Shown in pieces: positions 34,550 to 46,600 of a DNA stretch of 64,000 nt. Under the pieces are notes generated by a model. The model had not been told where the DNA came from. It worked only from the letters and a program-made list of their open reading frames with translations, and ran no database searches. The stretch is from Azolla caroliniana (taxonomy: Eukaryota; Plantae; Polypodiophyta), in contig JBHGNT010000012.1 of assembly GCA_043228905.1 (NCBI GenBank), positions 17,546,001 to 17,610,000 of the forward strand, read 5' to 3'. Position 1 is the first letter of the stretch; each line of letters begins with the position of its first letter. The translations under genes were made by a program, and so were the position numbers.

Positions 34550-36949
34550 TCACCGAGCAGCGCAATAACATTTTCCATCCTCAAACACATGAAGGGAGTC
34601 AGGATCTTTGAGTGTAATCTTTCGTCTCTCTAATTTTGATATAATGGCTATGGCAGCATGGCAGTCAGCACAAATAGGCATGCTGTTCATGATATGTATC
34701 GTTTCCTCTTGGAAGGCATTTACGAGAGCACATGCAATGGCAAGAAACTCACTTTTCTCAGACAGTGTAGCAAAAGCATATCCCTTTTGTGATGTTTTAA
34801 GGATGATATCATTAACCTTCGCATGGATAGCTCTATTATTTTGACAATGTATTGTATCTCTGAGAGGAAATGAATGGATATTTCCACTCACATCAACCCA
34901 CACACTAGCTCCTTGATGCTTTGAACAAGCAGTGTATTTCATCCTCATTGCTTCGACCCTTTCTGCATCCTCTTGCATGCCCGCAGCTACAAAAGTATTA
35001 GCCATAAGAACATAAGCTGCAATACAACTATCATCTAGTTGTACTGTTTGATCAAAAGCCAATCTACCAAGCTCCACATTTCCCCATTTTCTACATGCAC
35101 CTAATAATGCAAGCCAAACCGCTGGATAATCCGAAGATGGCATCACTTGAATAAGTGACAATACCTTGTCAAAGAGTCCTGCACAGCCAAGCACAACCAC
35201 CATGCAAGTGTAATGCTCAATCTTTGGAGTAACACCATATTGTTTTTGCATGTCCCCAAAAATCATTTGAGCCTCATTCAATAGGCCTGAATGGCAACAT
35301 GAGGTCAAGACACATAAGAAGGTTACCTCATCTGGAAAGATGGCTTCCTTTTGCATCTCTTCGAAACAGCTAAGTGCTTCAGGACCTAGCCCTTGTTGGG
35401 CATATCCAGAAACAAGTGCATTCCACGCGATTACATCTCGATGAGGAAGCTCTTTAAGCACATCTCGTGCTTTTGTAAGTGCACCACATTTGGCATACAT
35501 ATCGACCAAACCCGTACCAAGCATGATATCCTTCCCTAGGAAACCCCTACTCATAATCTCGTTGTGAATTTGTTTACCTTTGTCTATAGCGCCTATGCTG
35601 CCACAAGCCTTCAAGACACAAGTGAAAGTGACTACATCTGGAAAGAGGCCCTCTCTCTGAAGGCGTCCAAAACAGTTCAGTGCTTCGTGGCCTTGTCCTT
35701 GTTGTGCATATCCACCGATAACCACAGACCAAGAGACTACATTTTGCAGAGGAAGCTCCTCAAGCACTTGCTCAGCTTTTGCAACGAGACCACATTTGGC
35801 ATACATATCCACCAGAGCAGTCCCAAGCACAATATCCCACTTTAGCAAGTTGGCATCTCTAATCTTGTCATGAACTTGTTTACCCTTTTCAAAAGCCCCT
35901 ATGCTCCCACATGCCTTCAATATACAAATGAATGTGACAGCATCTGGAGAGAGACCCTCGCTTTGCATTCGTTCAAAGCAGTTCAAGGCTTTATGACCTT
36001 GCCCATGCTGTGTATACCCAATGATTAGAGCCGACCAAGACGAGGCATTTCGCATGGGAAGCTCTTCAAGTACTTGTTGTGCTTTTGTGAGCATGCCGCA
36101 TTTGCAATACATATCCACTAAAGCATTCCCCAGCACAACATCACTTTCAAGGAATCTTAGGCTCACAATCTCATCATGAATTTCTTTTCCTTTGTCAATG
36201 GCTCTACAAGTGCCACATGCCTTCAAGATGCAAGTGAAAGTGATGGCATCAGGAAAGAAGCCCTCACTTTGCATCCGTTCAAAACACTTCAGTGCTTGAT
36301 GAGCTTGCTGATGTTGGGCATATCCTGCAATCAATGCAGACCAAGAGATTGCATTCCTGACTGGAAGGTCTTCAAGCACTTGTTGGGCTTTGGTAAGTAG
36401 GCTACATTTCACGTACATACCAATTAAAGCATTTCCAAGCACAACATCCTTCTTTAACCATCCCCTACTCACAATCTCATCATGGATTTGTTTGCCTTTT
36501 TCTATTGCTCTTGCACTTCCGCATGCTTTCAGGATGCACGAGAAAGTGATTGCATCGGGTGAAAATCCCTCGGTTTGCATCCGATCAAAACAGTTCATTG
36601 CTTCATAATTGTGTCCTTGTGTAGCAAAACCTCCAATTAGTGCATTCCAAGAGACTATATCTCGAAACGGAAGCATGTCCAGCACCTCCTCTGCCTTGGC
36701 AAGCACACCACATTTGGCATACATACTTATTAAAGTGCTGGCCAGGTAAGGATTCTTTTCGAGTATTCCCCTTTTCAGAATATCAACATGTAGTTTAGTT
36801 CCTCTATCAAGATCCTTCTTTCTTGAGCAATCCTTCAGTAAGGCCACAATAGCAAAATCCTCACCACCATTTCCGTTGTTGTTTCGGAACCCATCTGTTG
36901 GAAGTGCAAACGAGCATCTCCTTGCCATGTTTCTAGTCTGGATTTCCAT
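34550..36949 (-). CDS. PLS-class PPR protein with E1/E2 and a degenerate DYW (WW-type-like) domain (799 aa)
   Basis: Regular PLS triplets (SWNALI, PDAITF.CILKACG, VVLGNAL..MY.KCG). C-terminal VWVDVSGNIHSF, KSEFLAIACALVN, CADCH, HVFEDGKCYCAAR. An in-frame TAA upstream fixes the start at 36949. Confidence 0.95.
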   Translation of the reverse strand: MEIQTRNMARRCSFALPTDGFRNNNGNGGEDFAIVALLKDCSRKKDLDRGTKLHVDILKRGILEKNPYLASTLISMYAKCGVLAKAEEVLDMLPFRDIVSWNALIGGFATQGHNYEAMNCFDRMQTEGFSPDAITFSCILKACGSARAIEKGKQIHDEIVSRGWLKKDVVLGNALIGMYVKCSLLTKAQQVLEDLPVRNAISWSALIAGYAQHQQAHQALKCFERMQSEGFFPDAITFTCILKACGTCRAIDKGKEIHDEIVSLRFLESDVVLGNALVDMYCKCGMLTKAQQVLEELPMRNASSWSALIIGYTQHGQGHKALNCFERMQSEGLSPDAVTFICILKACGSIGAFEKGKQVHDKIRDANLLKWDIVLGTALVDMYAKCGLVAKAEQVLEELPLQNVVSWSVVIGGYAQQGQGHEALNCFGRLQREGLFPDVVTFTCVLKACGSIGAIDKGKQIHNEIMSRGFLGKDIMLGTGLVDMYAKCGALTKARDVLKELPHRDVIAWNALVSGYAQQGLGPEALSCFEEMQKEAIFPDEVTFLCVLTSCCHSGLLNEAQMIFGDMQKQYGVTPKIEHYTCMVVVLGCAGLFDKVLSLIQVMPSSDYPAVWLALLGACRKWGNVELGRLAFDQTVQLDDSCIAAYVLMANTFVAAGMQEDAERVEAMRMKYTACSKHQGASVWVDVSGNIHSFPLRDTIHCQNNRAIHAKVNDIILKTSQKGYAFATLSEKSEFLAIACALVNAFQEETIHIMNSMPICADCHAAIAIISKLERRKITLKDPDSLHVFEDGKCYCAAR

Positions 36950-37306
36950 GAATCCTTAAATGTTTCGAATTGACTTCACACCTGGAACAAGAATGAATCG
37001 ATCTCTTTTTTTTTTCTTGAAGTGCATCTATTAAAACAAAACGAAAATACAGAAAAACCTTGGCATCCCTACTACAATAGTGAGGATCTTATGGCAAGGT
37101 AAACCCTCTAAAGTGATGTAAGACTAGCTGACATAATGACAACTCCACAGAGATCAGATGCGAGAACTGCCAAATTCAATTTCCTACCTCACATTTCATG
37201 CTTATAAACCATCTCAAGAATCATAGATATAAATTCAGTCTCCAGTGGATCATTATAGAATGTATCTGTAACTTTCTGTCTCTCATGGGTCAATTTTAAT
37301 ACATAT

Positions 37307-37356
<50 letters not shown>

Positions 37357-38071
37357 TTCAATACGCCTATACCACCACTGAAAACGTACCACGGAGTCAC
37401 CATATCAGGCACAGTGTAATGCTAACAATAATGGAAACCGCGAGCACAGGGATGCAGGTTATGGAGATCATTGCTTGCCATTTGCAATCCATACGACACC
37501 CAAATGCACTTTGTGAACTTCACCTCGCTCCATCACACAAACCAACCTAGGTTATGATATCCTATCACAACCAATCAACCAAATACATATCAGTGCTGCA
37601 CTTCATGATTGTAAAGCATCTCCAAAATCGTTCCACCACATGCATTGAGATCATTATCATGTCCGATCTGTATGGAACACAACTGCACTTTGTGAACATC
37701 GCCTCCATCCACCACCACAACAAACCTCAGATAGGATGTCCTCAACCCACACATATTAGTTCTGCAGTTCATGCTCGTAAACCATCTCCAAAAACCATTG
37801 CAGAACATGTATTGCGATCATTGAAGTGGACATTTAGGAAATCTAGGGTTTTTTTAAATTTTGTTTCGGTATGGATAACATGAATTCACCCATATTTTGC
37901 TCCATAGGCCGATTTTTTGGCCTTCTCGCAGACGTTAATATATCTTTCAGTCTTTCTTTCTCAACAACTGTGGCATTAGAAGTTCACATACCTTGGTGGG
38001 TACAATTTGCAGTAAATAAGGGAAATGCAATCTCCATTACCCTTCCCTCTCTGATTCTTAAGACCATATCA

Positions 38072-38095
38072 AGGGTTTAGGGTTTAGGGTTTAGG
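38072..38095. repeat. short interstitial (TTTAGGG)n / telo-box cluster
   Basis: AGGGTTTAGGGTTTAGGGTTTAGG upstream of the minus-strand PPR gene; a shorter copy at ~40980. Confidence 0.8.
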
Positions 38096-38354
38096 CGGAA
38101 CCATGGAAGCTTCGTTCTATCTCCCGTTACAAAAAAAATCATATGCTATTTAGAGCTTCCATGAAATTCACAACACAAACAAACATCTCTGTAATTTCAA
38201 ACTCTTCTTCTCCTAGGATTATCAAAATTCTCTGCGAATGCCCCTCCATTATCCCCCCCCCCCCCCCCCCAAAAAAAGACTCTTTTTCTAAACTTCCCCA
38301 AAATACCCCTGACTCTCATAGACTCACTCTGAAAACACAATCACGACTGGAATT

Positions 38355-40930
38355 TTTTGGAAGGTACTATGCATCGCATGGGCTTCAACAAGGCATGGAT
38401 TAAGCGTGTTTCTTGTCTTTATAGGAATGCACATAGTCATGTGTTGTTGGCAGGAGGAGTAGAACCTCGGTTTAACATCACTCGGTCCGTCCGTCTGTCA
38501 GGGATGTCCACTTGCTCCATTTTTGTTTCTCTTGTTTGAGGAAGCAATGCATGCATTTCTATCAACACAATCTATGCGCTTGCGTGGTTTGGCGATGCCA
38601 ATAAGTGGACACGATATATTGGACTCGGAGTTTGTAGACGATACTTGCGTTATATGTGGATAGGACTCTAATGAATTTGCAACATGTAGAAGGGGCTTTT
38701 GTTACAGTTTTGTACAACATCCGGAGCTAATCTAAATTGGGAAAAAAGCGTTGCATTTTGGGTGAGCAAGGAATCACCGCCTCGTTGGGTACCGCATCCT
38801 ACTTTCCAATGGACTCAAAGAGGAGTCTCGATTAGTTATCTTGGAGTGCAAGCCGGGATTGATTTGGCCCTAGAATTACATGTTGTGCCGTTATTATTAA
38901 CTTTGAGGAAAAAGTTATTCTTGTGGAGCCATGCTAAGCTATCTTTGGCCGGTAGAGTGATAGTTGCCAATCATATGCTACTATCTACGGTGTGGTATAT
39001 AGCTTCCTCTTGGATCTTTTCAAAATCGTGCATTGGACAAATTCGAAGGCTGGTTCGGAATTTCATATGGGCAAGGGAGGATAGGATTCATGTAAGAGCG
39101 AAGGTGGCATGGTGTACGTTGATAACCCCGAAGCAACATGGTGGTTTGGGAATTATTGATCCCCTAGGTCAATGCATGGCCTTGTTGCCAAAGATAATAG
39201 TTCGTGGCCCTTTACTAGGACACACCCCTTGGAAGCAATTGCTTATGCACACACTGTATCATTGTGCTCCGGCTATGGGTGGATTATGGGGATGATAGTA
39301 TAAGATGGATCTTTATACTAGACTAGAAATATATTATGACTAGGAATTGGGAAGACAAATTTTTTAATAGTCTATTAAGAGCATGGGAGCATGTACATAA
39401 AGGGTTGGGACATGGGATACCAACATGTGAGGAGGAATACGTGAGACAAAACTTAGTGTGGAATCCGAATATGTGTTTCCCGTCAAGGCACATGTTGGGG
39501 TCCTGTACGAGATTGGGTTGGGCCAAGTTCAATGCAGGGCTAGAAGCGTCGGTTGATGCGTGGAAATTCTTTCTTACTTTGCATATAAATGAAAGGTTGG
39601 AATATTTTACCTCCATGAGAGGGGGGTGGACTATGTGGGACTAGGTGCAAGTGGTTTTTGGGCACTCATCCTCTATGGTATTGTCATTTAATCCTCCCAA
39701 GTGGGAAGGGGCATTTACGAGGCTTCAAGTGATGGTGGGGGTAAAGCTATCTTTGTCTTGTGAACGGTTTCAAGACTATGATGTGGAGGAAGATGGCGTT
39801 ATATGTAGATCAACGATACAACCAAATATCTTGCAATATGCTACATTCTCTAAAATAAGGGTCCTTGCTTATGATGGATCTAAGTGGATCATCGACCCAC
39901 AAGTCAATATAGTCATGGAACATTGGAAATTGAGAGTTTTTGAAAAGAAACCTTGATAAGGTTGCAATAGGATCTGGGGGAATTTTGGTGGAAAGATCCA
40001 TTTGACCGTTTGGAAAAACGGTGTGGTTTTTTTCAGTACTCAGTTAAGAATGGATGACACATTTTGGCAGCTCAACACAGGACTACACTATGGGCTAGTC
40101 AATTTTGGACCCATCAAGGGGTCACATCCAAAATTTTAGCAAAGTTTTGGAGGACATTATGGGCAAGGAAACAAGATAGGAAAATAAATGTCTTCCAAGG
40201 GCTAATAATACATAGAGCATTACTGGTCGGCCAATGGTTGCAACAATCAGGTGGACCAATTGCATGCATCTATTGTAGTTGCCAGATAGAGACATTGAAA
40301 CATTGCTTGTGGGAATGTTAGGCTGCACAACGAGTTTGGAGAAAAGTGTTTTGTGTAGGGATGAAGGTTTTTCGTGGGGTATAGTAGTATGGGCTACGAT
40401 AGCACAAATATTATTAGAATTCAAAGAGGAAGGATAAGGGTGGTGCAACGAAGTCATATGGAAATTCCTTATATGTTAAAGGCAATGCAAGAGGTATGGG
40501 GCTGTTATGCACCACCACAATGTGGTTTATTTGGAGTGCTAGATGTTCTAAGGTGTTTGATAATACTATAGTTCATTGCGTGGAAAGTGTACAGAATGTC
40601 TGGATGCATATGGTGCATACCTTGAAAGGGCGGTATGATGAAATTAAAGGTGAGACAGATGTTGCAGTGTTGCAATACCTCGAATTTATCCCCTATTGGA
40701 AGAAGGGCCCTTTTCTCACACTACAAAATGCAAGACCCATGTGGTGCTTAGCACCACCAGTATGGTTGTTCACACCACCGATTACATAACTACGTTATTG
40801 AGTGGTGGAGTGTTGATACTATCTATCTTTTAGGGATGGGAACCCATGGCAAAGTACAACATATCAAGGGAAGCTTGACGGTAGGTCAACATTCTTGTAA
40901 AAACTGTTTATAACTAATGAAAGGATATTT
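38355..40930 (+). mobile_element. 5'-truncated, degenerate L1-type LINE (RT C-half, zf-RVT)
   Basis: RSVR.QGCPLAP, FVDD, YLGV, LSLAGRVIVAN, KVAW...PK.HGGLGI, CIYCSCQIETLKHCLWEC, with many stops and frameshifts. TSD not identified. Confidence 0.88.
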
Positions 40931-43602
40931 TCAAGGAATATATATATATATACATAATACATATATAACATTTTCAAGAGTTTAGGGTTTAGGATATAGA
41001 GATGGAAGTGTATTTGATTGAAATAAGAAAGGTATCTCACTGTATTTTGGAAAATTTCCTAATTTTAAACTTGCAAATTATTATAACAATTTGCTCCACC
41101 TTCTATTCTTCTCGAACCACTAAGAATCAACAACAATTTGGTTTCGGCTTAACTAGTTTAGCATTGTCCAACCCAAACCAATTTTGCTTTAACCAGTTTA
41201 GAGGAGTTCAAAACCTAAACCGAATCGAACCCTAAACCAATTACTAATTTATCTCTAGTTCATTTCTTCTTGAAATGGCATCTCGTTGTGTGTGTTTTTG
41301 TTGCTCTCTCTCTCTCTCTCTCTCTCTCTCTAAGTTTTTGGGAATGTATGGATGAGGTGCCTCTCTCTCTCTCTCTAAGTTTTTGGGAATGTATGGATCC
41401 AGGAAGAGGTGCCTCCCTCTCTCTATCTCTATCTCTCAATTTTTAGGAACAATGTAGGAATGTGGCACCTCTCTCTCTCTATCAATTGAAAAATATATAA
41501 TTGACTTGACTGGTTAATGAAGGCTCAAACCAATTAAGATAACTCTATAATTGAAGTACTTGGGTGGCTTCTCTAGATTTAGACAATAATGAAGTAAGTT
41601 TGCAACTTTGAAGAGCATTGGGAGTATTCTTAGCAGGTTTCCAAGTATGGTTGCAATGAGGATACCTTTCCTGGCCAACTAAATAATAAAGATAAAATTG
41701 TCAAGACTTGGGAGTCCAAAATTTCTCAAACTTATTAAAGATGACATTGTTGGGTGGTATTTGTTAAGCGAATGTTCAAGATTCTAAAATGGATCCTTTC
41801 ATTACAAAGGGTAACATGTCCATATCATTGTATCTGTTTTACCTTTCTCAAAGGGAGGAATCGCCGATGATGAAATGCAACTCTCTATGCATTGCTTCTT
41901 GAGTATTAACGCTAAAAGCTTGATGCAAATGTGTAGGCAATAACACTCGAGTTTATGTTAGATAGGCTTGAATCTCCAAACAAATGTTAAATAGCCTTAG
42001 GGAAAATAACTTTGTAAGATAAGTATAAAACTCACCTTTATGACTGTTCTCACTTAATCTAGAGTGCTTCTTTGAGTTTTCTCTCTTTTAGTCACTCTTG
42101 TATGAACATTATTTCATTAGTTGAAAATGGTTTTTCTCATTCCTATGGTGAGACTATTGCATTCCCTAAGCCATTAAGGTCTTCGTAAGAGTATAACTCT
42201 TAAGGATATTTTTAAAATTCTTAACCTTGGTTAACAAATGTAAGGTTAATGGCTGAATGCCTCAGTGACCAGATCAATTTTATTTCTTTAATTTTTGCTT
42301 GATTGTATTTTAATTTTTTACTTGCAGTTTCTAGGTTTCCTTAACCACATGATTATCTTTATTTGGGTTGTCTTCCTACCTAGCTAACCATACAAAAAGA
42401 ACAATGGAGTTTAAGAGGATTTTCTATTTAAATATATTGAAATATTCCTAAGAAAAGTTCTAGAATATTGACAAGCCCAACAAAAAGTACTTTCAATTGC
42501 TCTCTCAAAGAAACACATGCACCCTAGAGACACGCGCATTAATGTGTTCACTCTACTTGATGCCTTCACTCTAATCATTCTAAAAACCTAGGTGAGAGAT
42601 CCCATTATGCTTTCTTTGTGACATTATTCTAAAGAATCAAGCTTATAGGTCAAAAACAGTTTCGCAAAGATATCTATAGTGGTTCCTTGGAGGGCAACTG
42701 TTGGTTGGTCTTCATTGACATGAGATAATTAGATGTAAGCTTTTCGTAGGCAACAATATGTCATTTATCTATGTCTTTTAAAGCTTAATACCATCTCCCC
42801 TGCAAAACAAAAGAAAAAGATTGTTACTTTTCTCTATATTCTTGACTCCTGAATCTTAACACCTACCTCATCACAAGAACAGAAAAACTAAGGTGTCCAG
42901 ATAATGGTTTGTTTGTATCACTAAACCACCTAATCAGTTACAAACTTTGACATGTAAGATTAGAAATAAAACCCACAACTTAGCTGCTTTACATAATTTG
43001 AATAAACATGCAAAAAGATGACACTCGGATATCAGAAACAATTTTACAAATGCGAGCATTCATTATCAATAATAATACCATGTACAAACCAAGATATAAT
43101 TCCTGTGAAGAGCCCTAAGAAATTTTGCATACAAGAGAAATAGTAGGAACAAAACCTACCTTGCATTTTCATTAGCTACTTTACATCATTTTGATCAGGC
43201 AGTATTGTCATATAGAGTTTGTTTTACAAAGGCTAGCATTGTCAAATAATACCTGTTCTCAGTCGGAAATACTTATGAAAACACTATATACAAAAAGCAT
43301 CATGATATAATTACTGTAAAAAACTGTCCAGAACAATTTCATGTTTAATTGGATTAATACAACATACACTTAAAACCGGAAACTCCATAACCAAGCATGC
43401 TATTCTGGCTTGGTATTTTACCACCCTAAGCTTTCGACTGGAAAAAACCAGGGGCATCAGGATGTGAAGACCAAAATCTGCCAACCTAATTCATCTGTCT
43501 CGAAACTGCTGAGGTTCCAAATGCCATGGGATCTTTCTGAAACTCAAGAAAACATGTATTTAAGTCACATCCATGAATTTAACCATGTTACATGATTTTT
43601 CA

Positions 43603-46600
43603 TTACGTGGCCACGGATTTCTCTCTCCACGCTTCACCCCATATCCTTGCTTCTGCAACAGCCTGCTCTCTCTCTTTTCCACTTGCCGGAGCTCTCCAGC
43701 TTGTAAGCTCTGTCTCACTCTGGATACCTTGTCTCTCACCATCATCCTTATTATCAAGTGGTTGCAAACCACCAGCATCTCTAGAGGCAGCAGCTTGTTG
43801 CCCAACTGCATCAGATGAAGGCCTTGGTGAAGACACTGTGACTGAACTAGTTCTATTAGGTGTCAGTGAACAAGCATCAGTAGCTTGAGAAGCTAGAAAG
43901 TTGAGTGCCGTAACCACATCGGCGATCAAGGGTCTTGACGCGGCTTGCTCGTGCAGACACATAGCTGCTACAGCTAATGCTTGGAACAAGCCCCTTGCAG
44001 GATAGTGACCTTGGAGATTTGGGTCTACCATCTGACTAAACTTCCTTCTGTCTTTGAAAAGAGGCCGTGCCTGCAGTATCACTCTATAAGGAGTCAATGA
44101 TAATTTTGAGATGCTTGACTCACAACATAAGAGTATCCAGCTTGGATAGATACTTCAATTGAAAGATCAATTTTAGGTATATAATCATTTCATATTATTA
44201 TAGTGAAAGGCAAAAATGTTCAGAGATTACATATACTATCATGATGTACACAAAGACAAATTTTTGGTTTATTTAATTCACTGCACACTCGAGAGATCAT
44301 CATTTTCCACTTCTGAAAGGTAACACCTATGCCTTATTCAATATTTGACACGTGGAAGCAAAATTACCAGCTCTGTTTCTAGCCTTACCAAACAGCCCCA
44401 GAACCAGATAATACCAGTGGAGTTTCTGGATCTTTTCAGTAGTATTTCCTGAAACTTGGTACCAGGAATCCATAATTATTGTTCTTTCTTAAGATCTGGA
44501 ATAGCCCAGGACAGGAAGACCTTTGGAAAACACAGTCAAGGAGTCAAACGGATGGTAAAAGCAGCACTAAGGTATAGCAGCTTGCAGGGCAGCCACGCCA
44601 AAAGCAAATCTTAAAGCCATAAAATAGCCTTCACCACCTGTGCAGTTTTGATCATTTGATCAGTTAAAGACTTGTTCGCAGTAACCTGACTTTTGCCATT
44701 ATAGCCTTGATTTCTACTCAAAAAGGGCTGATTTGATGCCACTGTATTGAGCCAATTATATAAACTCCATAGAGTTATAGTAATCTGCCCAATTAATATA
44801 GATATCCTGCTGGATATCAGCTATTGGGGTCAACTATCTTTATTTGTTTTGATTCAGCAATATGCTTTGAATATACAATTGCGGCATATTATTAAGTATG
44901 CCATTTTGGTAAGCCTGCATATTCAGAGCGAAAAACAAGAGAAAAGAATCCTTTCACAAGTCTAATCTCAATCATTTCTGCACATTTGGATGTCTAGGTT
45001 TTGGCACATTTCAATGTAAGCAGAATATTTCAGAGCGAAAAACAAGAGATGTACCTTCATTAAATGTCCATCTGCATTTAAGATGGATGGGCTAAGAAAA
45101 AACATTGGAAAGAAGGGTTGTGAGTGCTTATCTAATGGGTACAATCAGATTTGACATCAAGGGGAGCTTACAGCGTCTTGTTCTATTTTAGTACAGTTTG
45201 CAAACAAAACCACACATCACCAACTGATTAGCATCACCAACAAAACAAGAGATGTACCTTCATTAAATGTCCATCTGCATTTACGATGGCTGGGCTAAGA
45301 AAAAACATTGGAAAGAAGGGTTGTGAGTGCTTATCTAATGGGTACAATCAGATTTGACATCAAGGGGAGCTCACAGCATCTTGTTCTATTTTAGTACAGT
45401 TTCAAACAGAACCACACATCACCAACTGATTAGCAAAGTCGTCAAAGTAATGCATTGCCAAATAACACTTACTCTGACAGATCACAATAATAGTGATCAA
45501 ATTTATTTTAGAAGGATTAAAAAATGGGTCCATGTAGAATGAAACTGAGCAGATTGGATAGAGTAATGTCAATTGAAGCTCTGGATGCTTTGATCAGGAT
45601 TCAGATATTCATAACTAACTTTTAACATATCATCAAGTGTGGGTTATAAAATTTCTTCAAAATTATTTGAAGTTCAGTGACAACCAATCATGTGCCTTTC
45701 AATGGCCTGAAACCATGGCAAAGCTATTCAAACCAGGTTCCATAACGTCCAATAGAAACACAAATAATACCATGCAAAATCAAATCTACAAACAAGGGTA
45801 TTGATCAAAGTCAAAATAATTGGACCATATCAAAGAGAAGATCTATATAAATCCAAGGTATATTGCCGGTTTATATTCAACAACACCTTCAGCAGATCCG
45901 GGCTTTTTCCTTTCTTTGTTGGGCTTCGACTCATACTTCTACTATTTTATTCTATTCTGAAATTTTATGAATGTACTAAGTGAATGCACAAATTTTGATT
46001 GCAAATAGCAATCAATGCTGCATGTGGGCTATTAAGAAATGTGGTCATGTCAAATGTTGGTGTTGAAGTTGGAAGGGAGGCAGTCTTCTCTGTCCCTGCT
46101 ATTCCTAGACTCTTTAGTTGAACATTGCCTCCTATGTTCACACATCATGCCGAACATTTTGGCCATCCTTAAGCTCCATACTTAAGCTAATTCTTCACAC
46201 CCTACCTCATTGATTTCCTAGTAATTTTGCGTGCACTAGACATTATATAACCAAGCATTGCTGTAAGTTTCTGTGCCATTGTGAATTTTGTGTAGCATGC
46301 ATGGCATTGCTTTCTTTCTAGAAGCTGGAGGATGAGATTGTGTACTACGAGGGGTACTGCAACTATCAATCCTAAGTAACCAACCATGGGTGGCGTCCAC
46401 ACCATCATCAGTATCATTCATGTCATTTTTGTTTCCCACCTCCTGTATCATCTGCCTGATTGCTACATTTGCAGTCTCCTTTCTGCAGGACCCATATAAT
46501 TACTTCAAAAATTTCCTCAGTCCTGTTATTAGAGGTTCTTACCTCTACGCCCATCAGTCTGATCTTGTTATTTTCTTGAATGGAACTTTGTCAGACTATT

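Noticed and set aside
38072-38095. Telomere or chromosome-fusion scar
   Set aside because: Only ~3 units; telo-boxes are common in plant promoters.
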